NCBI GenBank assembly: GCA_002269645.1
Contig: NIVC01004028.1
Location: 1-63,857, forward strand
From: Macrostomum lignano
Taxonomy: Eukaryota
Direction: 5' to 3'
Length of the DNA stretch: 63,857 nt
Positions within the stretch are counted from its first letter, which is position 1, and each line of letters opens with the position of its first letter. The translations under genes and the position numbers were made by a program. Shown here in pieces: positions 36,130-45,925 of the stretch. The notes below the pieces were generated by a model. It did not search any database. It had not been told where the DNA came from and saw only the letters and a program-made list of their open reading frames with translations.

Positions 36130-36665
36130 TAATGAGGACTAATGAGGTTGCTTGATTGGCTAATGAGGTTGTTTGATTAGCTAATGAGGTTGCTTGATTG
36201 GCTAATGAGGTTGTTTGATTAGCTAATTAGGTCACTTGATTGGCTAATGAGGTCACTTGATTGGCTAATTAGGTCGCTTGATTGGCTAATGAGGTCACTT
36301 GATTGGCTAATTAGGTTGCTTGATTAGCTAATTAGGTCGCTTGATAGGCTAATGAGGTAACTTGATAGGCTAATGAGGTCACTTGACTGTCTTACGAGGT
36401 TGCTTGATTGGCTAGCTAATAAAGTCGCTTGATTGGCTAATTAGGTCGCTTTATTGGCTAATGAGATCACTTGATTGTCTTATGAGGTTGCTTGATTGGC
36501 TAATTAGGTCGTTTGATTAAATAATGAGGTTACTTAATAGGCTAATGAGGTCACTTTATTGACTAATAGTATTGCTTGATTGGCTAATGAGGGGTCACTT
36601 GATTGACTAATAGTGTTGCTTGATTGGCTAATGAGGTCACTTGATTGACTATTGAGGTCACGTGA
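36130..36665. repeat. Degenerate 21-bp array TGATTGGCTAATGAGGTCACT upstream of SNX3
   Basis: Tandem units carrying the reverse CCAAT box (AGCCAATCA on minus). Confidence 0.9.
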
Positions 36666-36843
36666 TTCACAAGTAGGGCAGCGTGACTTTATTATGATGT
36701 AGCGTGACACAATAAAAGCTAAATTGAACAAAAAATTAATGCTAATCTCTTTCATGCATGCTTTTGTCTCTTGCCGAATTTCTTCCTTTAGAAGCCGGCC
36801 ATCCTTTCTTAGCAGCGATTAGTTAAAATTCAAGCCATCCGTC

Positions 36844-37350
36844 ATGTCCAACCAGCAGCAGCAACAGCAGCAGCCGTCTGCAACGCAGCGTCTGCAACCG
36901 AAAAAGCAGACAATGGAAGACGCCTACTCGCCTCCGGCCAATTTCTTAGAGATCGACGTCTGCAACCCGGAGACGCACGGCCTGAACAAAGACCGCTACA
37001 CAGACTACGAGATTCGGTTGCGAACGAATTTGCCAGTGTTCAAACTGAAAGAATCATCGGTGAGGCGGCGCTACTCCGACTTTGAATGGCTCCGTGCCGA
37101 GTTGGAGCGCGACTCAAAAATTGTGGTGCCGAAACTGCCGGGCAAAGCGCTGAAACTGCAGCTGCCGTTTCGTGGTGGAGACGGCAGATTTGATGACGAA
37201 TTTATTGAGGAAAGGCGGAAAGGCTTGGAGGAGTTCATTAATAAGGTTGCCGGGCACCCGCTGGCTCAGAATGAGAAGTGTCTGCACATGTTCCTGCAGG
37301 AGCAGACTATTGATAAGGCCTATGTGCCCGGCAAAGTGCGCACTACTTAA
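36844..37350 (+). CDS. SNX3: Sorting nexin 3/12 (PX domain), intronless
   Basis: AYSPPANFLEIDVCNP..G....YTDYEIRLRTNLPVFKLKESSVRRRYSDFEWLRAELERDSKIVVPKLPGKA...QLPFRG.DG.FD.EFIEERR.GLE.FINKVAGHPLAQNE.CLHMFLQ closely matches SNX3/SNX12. Confidence 0.96.
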   Translation: MSNQQQQQQQPSATQRLQPKKQTMEDAYSPPANFLEIDVCNPETHGLNKDRYTDYEIRLRTNLPVFKLKESSVRRRYSDFEWLRAELERDSKIVVPKLPGKALKLQLPFRGGDGRFDDEFIEERRKGLEEFINKVAGHPLAQNEKCLHMFLQEQTIDKAYVPGKVRTT

Positions 37351-37544
37351 CCATTCTCATAGTTTATTGGCGCGTTTGGAAATAAATATTCGACGGAATT
37401 CCTTGTGTAATCTAGTAGCGGGGCTCTTGTTGTGAAAATTGTTATTTTCTATGCATATCGTCTATTTTGAATTGGCTGGCTAATGATTGATTATAAATTT
37501 AAATGTCTTGAGTTTTTCTTATGTTAGTGCCAATTTATGCTATT

Positions 37545-38350
37545 GATGGATGCAGGCTGAGAAGGGGATGCAGGGTGAGAAGGGAATGCAGGGTGTGAGA
37601 AGGGAATGCAGGGTGTGAGAAGGGAATGCAGGGTGTGAGAAGGGAATGCAGGGTGAGAAGGGGATGCAGGGTGTGAGAAGGGAATGCAGGGTGTGAGAAG
37701 GGAATGCAGGGTGTGAGAAGGGAATGCAGGGTGAGAAGGGGATGCAGGGTGTGAGAAGGGGTTGCAGGGTGAGAAGGGGATGCAGGGTGTGAGAAGGGAA
37801 TGCAGGGTGAGAAGGGGATGCAGGCTGAGAAGGGGATGCAGGGTGTGAGAAGGGAATGCAGGCTGAGAAGGGGATGCAGGGTGTGAGAAGGGAATGCAGG
37901 GTGAGAAGGGGATGCAGGGTGTGAGAAGAAAATGCAGGCTGAGAAGGGGATGCAGGGTGAGAAGGGGATGCAGGGTGTGAGAAGGGAATGCAGGGTGAGA
38001 AGGGGATGCAGGGTGAGAAGGGGATGCAGGGTGTGAGAAGGGAATGCAGGGTGAGAAGGGGATGCAGGGTGTGAGAAGAAAATGCAGGCTGAGAAGGGGA
38101 TGCAGGGTGAGGAGGGGATGCAGGGTGAGATGGGAATGCAGGGTAAGAAGGGGATGCAGGATGAGATGGGGATGCAGGGTGAGATGGGAGTGCAGGGTAA
38201 GAAGAGGATGCAGGGTGAGATGGGGATGCAGGGTGAGATGGGAGTGCAGGGTAAGAAGGGGATGCAAGGTGAGATGGGGATGCAGGGTGAGATGGGAGTG
38301 CAGGGTAAGAAGGGGATGCAAGGTGAGATGGGGATGCAGGGTGAAAAGAG
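37545..38350. repeat. G-rich 18/20-bp minisatellite (GAAGGGAATGCAGGGTGTGA, GAGATGGGGATGCAGGGT)
   Basis: Tandem units. Confidence 0.95.
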
Positions 38351-38754
38351 ATGCAGAGTCACAAGTACAATAAAATGAGTAAGCAGAACATTCTCAATAG
38401 CGGAAATTCTTGGGTCATTGTTACAGTTGGCCGTGTGTATCCAATGCTTACTATTAATATTGCGCTTCTGGTGTCTCGATTTGTACCATTCAGCAATATA
38501 TTCTGTTCTAACATCGCATATTCCATTCGATTGCGATTCTATTTTATTTTCATCAGTACTTGTTTATGCTCGTAATTTATATAGAATCGTTACATTATTA
38601 ATAAAAATCTTACACAACTATTTTCACTTGATTATCCTTCCCAATCTTCCTGACACTCCAGTTTCTTGTTGCTTGCGGCAATGTACTTTTCAGCGCTTGA
38701 TGTGTGCCATATGTTGTCTGGGGATTGTCTGGCTGTGTTAGAATTTTATTTATA

Positions 38755-38756
38755 AA

Positions 38757-38800
<44 letters not shown>

Positions 38801-38817
38801 TAGATAGACAGACAGAC

Positions 38818-38852
<35 letters not shown>

Positions 38853-38861
38853 TAGACAGAC

Positions 38862-38916
<55 letters not shown>

Positions 38917-38933
38917 TAGACAGACAGACAGAC

Positions 38934-38980
<47 letters not shown>

Positions 38981-38990
38981 TAGACAGACA
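38755..38990. repeat. (GATA)/(GACA)n microsatellite
   Basis: Direct reading. Confidence 0.98.
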
Positions 38991-39660
38991 GCTATATCAA
39001 CACATTGGCTAATAATAAATGCCTGAAAATCCTACTGAGTCAGCGCGCAGTCGGAATTCCTGCAAAAACCGATCAGTTGTGTGAGCTGCAACTCCTGCAG
39101 GATCAGCTTTATGCTAAAAGCCCAGTGAGCAAGTATTTTAAGCAAACATATTTATATCCTCAAATATATTTACACTGAAGTGATTTCAAGCTCATTAATT
39201 TTTACCTGTAGCCTAAGCTTTATCAAATTTATAGTTATTTTTGTGTAAGCCTAATTTACTTTTATAAATTAATGGCACTGCAACCAAATTTGTGAATTGC
39301 GCTCAAAATGTACTTTAGTGATTCATTAATTGTATCTGTATTGTACTCATTCATGCATAATTGTCTCATTTGTATTTGTACGTTATAAATATTATTCAGA
39401 ATCTTTTCATTTATTACCCTTGTTAGTAGTATGATAATTTGATTGATTATTTTCTAACGATATAATTCATATTGATTTTTGAGTAGGCTACTTAAATTGT
39501 TGATTTTCGAAGAATTATTGACAATGCCAAGATTAAATTGTCATGTGATGTATTTGCGGTAAATCAATACTTTTCTATAATTAATAAGCGTTGTGCAATT
39601 AATTTCTTTGGTCAGTTCTGCTACTTTATTCTATAATTCCTTTTTACATGAATTCTGATT

Positions 39661-40070
39661 TACAATCAGAGGCTAGCAGTTGCTAACTAAAGCCCCCAAC
39701 CAATCAGAGGCTAGCAGTCGCTAACTAAAGCTCCCCAACCAATCAGAGGCTAGCAGTTGCTAACTAAAGCCCCCAACCAACCAGAGGCTAGCAGTCGCTA
39801 TCTAAAGCTCTCCAACCAATCAGAGGCTAGCAGTTGCTAACTAAAGCTCCCCAACCAATCAGAGGCTAGCAGTTGCTAACTAAAGCTCCCCAACCAATCA
39901 GAGGCTAGCAGTTGCTAACTAAAGCTCCCCAACCAATCAGAGGCTAGCAGTTGCTAACTAAAGCTCCCCAACCAATCAGAGACTAGCAGTGGCTAACTAA
40001 AGCTCCGGACTAATCAGAGATCAGCAGTAGTCAATTAACGTTCCTGACCAATCAGAGGCTAGCAGTGGTA
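39661..40070. repeat. 39-bp array AACCAATCAGAGGCTAGCAGTTGCTAACTAAAGCTCCCC upstream of LSM1
   Basis: About 10 units, most with a consensus CCAAT box. Confidence 0.95.
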
Positions 40071-40198
40071 GCAAGCTAAGGTAGACTTTACCGATTACAT
40101 CTCTTGTAATATACTGATTCCATAATAATAGTAAGTGGCTCGATTTCATTTAACTGCAGCGTCAAAATCAGAAAGGCCCACCGGGGCCGTACCAGCAG

Positions 40199-40236
40199 AT
40201 GCAGACTCCACCGAATCAGCGGTACCAGCAGCAGAT

Positions 40237-40268
<32 letters not shown>

Positions 40269-41003
40269 TGTCTCCTGCGATGGCTGTTGGCATAGGTCAA
40301 ACTGCTTATTTAGCAGGCACTGCCACACTGGTGCAGGATGTTGATAAACAGGTTTGTTTTTATGTTCGTAGTAGGGTACGCAGTATGATTTCAGTAGTGA
40401 AAGTGTGCTGTATTTTCACTCATTCACACCATTTGGTTCACACATTCACGATTATTCACTCATTCACACAGTGAATCAATTATTCACCCATTTAATCAAT
40501 CATTCACCCATTGAATCAATAATTCACACATTAAATCAATCATTCACACATTTAATCAAGCATTCACACATTAAATCAATCATTCACACAGTGAATCAGT
40601 CATTCACACATTGAATCAATCATTCACACACATCCAGGTGCTGGTGGTGCTCCGTGACAATCGCATCCTAATTGGGTGGCTCCGCAGTCTTGATCAATTC
40701 GCTAATTTGATGCTTCATCGCTCGGTGGAGCGAATCTACGTCCACGGCCCAGACTCTCTAGTTAGGTTTGGCGACATCGAACGCGGCTTGTATCTGGTCA
40801 GAGGCGAGAACGTGCTGCTCATGGGCGAATTCGATCCGAGCTATGATGCCAACCTCACTCAGGTGTCTGCAGACGAGATCCTTCAGCTGCAGCACCAAGA
40901 GCAGGAGGATCAAAAGAAACGGGAGGAGCGCCGCAGGCGAGCTATGATCGAGTGCGGTCTGATGCCCACCGTGCCCGACGCCTTCGATGAGTTTGGCCTG
41001 TGA
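40199..41003 (+). CDS. LSM1: Sm-like protein LSm1; exons 40199-40351 and 40638-41003; Q-rich N-terminal extension
   Basis: YLAGTATLVQDVDK|QVLVVLRDNRILIGWLRSLDQFANLMLHRSVERI...GDIERGLYLVRGENVLLMGE matches LSm1; phase-0 GT-AG intron. Confidence 0.95.
40420..40632. repeat. AATCAATCATTCACACATT-type repeat in the LSM1 intron
   Basis: Tandem degenerate units. Confidence 0.85.
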
Positions 41004-41018
41004 CGGCCGCTTCTGGGC

Positions 41019-41730
41019 AGGTCGGGGGTTCGAATCTTGTATAATTCTATCTTGTATTGTGCTGATGAGGTCCGCGGTTCGAGTCTTGTACAATTCTATC
41101 GTTTAGTGGGCCGGTGAGGTCCGGGTTCAGATTTTGTACAATTCTATCGTTTATTGTGCTGATGAGGTCCGGGGTTCGAGTCTTGTACAATTATATCGTT
41201 TATTGTGCTGATGAGGTCCGGGGTTCGAGTCTTGTACAATTCTATCGTTTATTGTGCTGATGAGGTCCGGGGTTCGAGTCTTGTACAATTCTATCGTTTA
41301 TTGTGCTGATGAGGTCCGGGGTTCGAGTCTTGTACATTTCTATCCAATTAGTGTGCTGGTGAGGTCCGGGGTTCGAGTCTTGTACATTTCTATCCAATTA
41401 GTGTGCTGGTGAGGTCCGAGTTCGAATCTTATACAATGCTATCCTTGAGTGTGCTAGTGAGGTCGCAGGTTCGAATTTTGTACAATTCTACCCTATAGTG
41501 TGCTGGTGAGGTCGCAGGTTCGAATTTTGTACAATTCTACCCTATAGTGTGCTGGTGAGGTCCGGGGTTCGAAACTTTATACAGTTGTGTCTGATAGTGT
41601 ATTTGTTAAGTCTGGAGTTCTAATCAGGCGCCATTGTGTCCGTCTGTGATTGTGCACTAGTGTGGTCCGGAGTTCGTATCTTCTGCCATTTTGTCTATTA
41701 CAGTGGGTATGTGAGGTCGCAGGTTCAAGC
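41019..41730. repeat. 49-bp tandem array containing a Pol III B-box-like tRNA T-arm motif
   Basis: Unit GTGCTGATGAGGTCCGGGGTTCGAGTCTTGTACAATTCTATCGTTTATT, about 14 copies. Confidence 0.92.
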
Positions 41731-42834
41731 GCTTTATTTTATTCCTTTTTCCATATTGATCTTTGATCTTTGTCCATCATCAGTTGAGGCTCTTCAAAGT
41801 GTTTACCAGCAAATTTCAGTAGGCTATGTACAATATTTCTTGCATGTTGATACATATGTACGATAAATAAAGTTCATGCTGCTAAATTTAGCGCAAAATA
41901 TGATTCAAATTTTTTCTATTTAAAACTAGCATTTTTGCTTCTTAATGAAAACATTGTAACTTTTTTTTGCTATTTTTTAGTAAAATTTTCATTGCACTAC
42001 TATTCATAGTAGTATTGCTGGCTAGTCCTGTGTACTCTGTATGAAAGCATATTAATGCTAAGAGAAAAATAATGACAATAGTTAATTTATACACGCTATT
42101 TTAACAACAAAAAATTTTTTTTAAGAAAGGCATCATTAATCTATAACCTGCCGATATGTTTTGTAATTAACTTTGTAGACAACCTTTAGTAGCAATATTG
42201 AATCAAGCTTGAAATGGCAAAATCGTCATTCGGATTAATTAAGAAGAAGCAATTAGTTTAAAGCTTCCTTTTAATAGCTTATTTTTCCCTGCTATAAATT
42301 TTGATAATTATGATATTAACAAGAATGTGGTTAGAAAAATCACCGAATTTCGCTTCTAACTTGATGTCTACAATCGAAGATTTGCCAATTCTTCCTAATT
42401 GGCTGCCCCCTCTGAGCCAATGAGAGCGAAGGGGGGTCGTGATTAACCAGAAGCTTATCCGCTACTGCTGTGAGGATCCTTGAGGCGAATTATTCCTATT
42501 TAATCTGTCTTCAGTCTGCAGTTCGGTTTTTTTGTCTCTTTTGTTGGTCTCTTTGTTCTTCATCAACTTGTCTGCAATTTGTTGCGTAAGTGAAAATTTA
42601 TCTATTTTAAGCCTTTTGAATATCTGTCGGATTTATTCATACATTGCTACAAGTAGGACTAACGGATTAAGACGAAACTCTGCTAATTTATCCTCGTTGG
42701 CGTTTTGTTAGGATTTTGAACTTTGAAAATCTGACAAATTTATTCCAGGATCAAACAACAAGACAAGTAAAATTTACCCAGGTGCTGTACTTAAACAAGA
42801 GAATCAAGGCAAAGCTTTGTAAGGCTTGAAAGAG

Positions 42835-43340
42835 AGGAGGCAGGAGTGAAGGGTGAGGTAGGAGAGAGTAAAGGGTGAGACTGGAGATAGTGAAGTATGA
42901 GACGCGAGAAAAGTGAAGGGTGAGACTGGGGATAGTAAAGATTTAGACAGGAGAGAGTGAAGGGTGAGACAGAAGATATTGGAAGGTCAGAGTGGAAATA
43001 GTGAAGGGTGAGACAGGAGAGAGTGAAGGGTGAGACTGGAAATATTAAAGGGTGGGACTGGAGATAGTGAGGGGTGAGACATGAGAAAGTGGAAAGTGAG
43101 ACAGGAGAAAGTGAAGGATGAGACAGAAGATATTGAAGGGTGAGACTGGAAATAGTAAAGGGTGAGACGGGAGAGAGTGGTGAGACTGGAGATATTGAAG
43201 GGGGAAACTGAATATGGTGAAGGGTTATATAGGAGAGAATGAAGTGTGAGACAGGGGAGAAAGGTGAAGGGTGAGACTGGAGAGAGTGAAGTGTGAGATG
43301 AGAGAATGATTAAGGGTTAGACAGGAGAGAGGAGAGGGTT
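42835..43340. repeat. Degenerate ~22-bp purine-rich array (GTGAAGGGTGAGACTGGAGATA)
   Basis: Tandem degenerate units. Confidence 0.85.
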
Positions 43341-43789
43341 TATGTATATGCAAAACGGGCAGAGGAGGGATAATCAAGCAATGGAAGCCAGAAGCGAAAG
43401 GTATATTTAGGGCAGAGCGCCATCATAACCTGAGAAGGCTGTGACAGCCTGCAGTCTTCAGTTGCTCAAAGCTGGGGTCACCTGAGCCGTTCAAGCCGGC
43501 TTTATGGCGTGCCTGGGAAGCTGTACCGAACTCGGACACAAAGTGATCATTAATCCCTATTGCAGAGGTGGGGAGCCCCGGATGCTCTGGGCATCTTCTT
43601 ACACAAGCTGATAGATTTATTTTTTTATATTTTCCCGAAACCCCAGATGGCGGATGCTGGGAAATCGCCGATGGAATAGACGGAGGATTAAGGTTTCTTG
43701 TGGATATTCTTGTATGTGTGCGAATTGTGTAGCATATTAGTAGCGGCTGACGAATTGATTGATGGGTTGTATGACTCATTGATCAGAGC

Positions 43790-44280
43790 TCTGACAGCCT
43801 CAAAATCTGAGCCCTGACACCCAAAATCGACGCCCTGACACCCTCTAAATCGACGCTCTGACACTCGAAATCTGCGCCCTTACATCCTTTAAATCTTAGC
43901 CTTGACACGCTCAAAATCGATGCCCTGACATCCTCAAACTCGACGCCCTGACACCCTAAAAATCGGCGCCCTGACACCCTGAAAATCTGAGCCTTGACAC
44001 GCTCAAAATCGACGCCCTGACACCCTCAAAATCGGCGCCCTGACACCCTCAAAATCTGAGCCTTGACACGCTCAAAATCGATGCCCTGACACCCTCAAAA
44101 TCGATGCCCTGACATCCTCAAAATCGGCGCCCTGACATCCTCAAAATCGGCGCCCTGACACCCTCAAAATCGAGGCCCTGACACCCTCAAAATCGACGCT
44201 CTGACACTCGAAATCTGCGCCCTTACATCCTTTAAATCTGAGCCCTGACACCCTGAAACTCGACGCCCTGACACCCTCAA
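43790..44280. repeat. ~23-bp array AAAATCGACGCCCTGACACCCTC
   Basis: Tandem units. Confidence 0.93.
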
Positions 44281-44814
44281 GTCTGCACTGTTTCAGTGCT
44301 TCTACTTGGGTCAAATGTACATGTAGGACCTAGCTATAACTCTACATACGCGTAGTCTGGCTTTGTAAATCATCTTTATCTTTACCGAAACGAACTGGCA
44401 GTTATTACACATGTGCATCTAAGCAATAATTATGCTGCTTTTTGGTACACAAGTTTTTGTCGGATTTATCTTAGCACAGCGATTGGGATGATTGGTACAT
44501 ATCTGCAACCAAACAGCTAAGGCCTCAGGCATAGCGGCTAAATTAGTCTTTGCTTGCTTGAGGGCATCGCGGTAGTCTCCATTAGTGAGCAGCTCTTTTG
44601 GCGGGTAAAACGCCAGAGTTCTTAGATCAGCAAATTCTTTTAAAAATTATGCATTTGAAAAGCATCGAATGTAAAGAAAATGCTCTGATTAGCAGACAGA
44701 CAGATTTTGTTGGCCATGTTGGATAAACTACGTTTAGTTATTTAAATGCTCTTTTGGTTTCTGTTTGGCCGTCTTCATTCTCTGTGGTGCAGGATTTGGC
44801 GCCACATTTTTTAC

Positions 44815-45925
44815 TTTTTGGCGCTTATAGTCATGGCGCTTATAGTTTGCGGCGCTTATAGTTTTGTCGCTTATCGTTTTTGGCACTTATAGTCGTTGCA
44901 CTTATAGTTTGTGACGCTTAAAGTTGTGGCGCTTTTAGTTGTGGCGCTTCTAGTTGTGGCGCTTCTAGTTGTGGCGCTTCTAGTTGTGGCGCTTCTAGTT
45001 GTGGCGCTTCTAGTTGTGGCGCTTCTAGTTGTGGCGCTTCTAGTTGTGGCGCTTCTAGTTTTGTCGCTTATAGTTTTTGGCGCTTATAGTCGTTGCACTT
45101 ATAGTTTGTGACGCTTCTAGTTGTGGCGCTTTTAGTTGTGGCCCTTCTAGTTTTGGCGCTTATAGTTTGTAGCGCTTATAGTTTGCGGCGCTTATAGTTG
45201 TGGCGCTTAAAGTTGTGGGGCTTGTAGTTGTAGTGCTTATAGTTGTGGTGCTTGTAGTTGTAGTGCTTATAGTTGTGGTGCTTGTAGTTGTAGTGCTTAT
45301 AGTTTGTGGTTGTGGCGCTTCTAGTTGTGGCGCTTATAGCTGTAGTGCTTATAGCTGTAGTGCTTACAGATGTAGTGCTTTTAGCTGTAGTGCTTATAGT
45401 TGTGGCGCTTATAGCTGTAGTGCTTATAGTTGTGGCGCTTATAGCTGTAGTGCTTATAGTTTGTGGCGCTTCTAGTTGTGGTGCTTATAGTTTGTGGCGC
45501 TTCTAGTTGTGGCGCTTATAGCTGTAGTGCTTATAGTTGTAGTGCTTATAGTTGTAGTGCTTATAGTTGTAGTGCTTATAGCTGTAGTGCTTATAGCTGT
45601 AGTGCTTATAGTTGTAGTGCTTATAGCTGTAGTGCTTATAGTTGTAGTGCTTATAGCTGTAGTGCTTATAGCTGTAGTGCTTATAGTTTGTGGCGCTTAT
45701 AGCTGTAGTGCTTATAGCTGTAGTGCTTATAGCTTGTGGCACTTATAGTTGTGGCGCTTATAGTTATGACGTTTGTAGTTGTGGCGCTTATAGTTGTAGC
45801 GCTTATAGTTGTGGCGCTTCTAGTTGTGCCGCTTATAGTCATGGTGCTTTTACCAGGTAGTCGTGGCGCTTACAGTGGCGCTTACAGTGGCGCTTACAGT
45901 GGCGCTTATTTTTTGCGTTTATAGT
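44815..45925. repeat. 15-bp array family (TTGTGGCGCTTCTAG / TTGTAGTGCTTATAG)
   Basis: Tandem units with gradual unit turnover along the array. Confidence 0.95.

Noticed and set aside
41050-41600. CTGATGAG...CGAA in the 49-bp array as a hammerhead ribozyme or C/D box snoRNA
   Set aside because: Units with CUGAUGA mostly have GAGU instead of GAAA, the one unit with GAAAC has CUGGUGA, stem II is mismatched and no stem I partner exists; a tRNA T-arm origin explains the motif better
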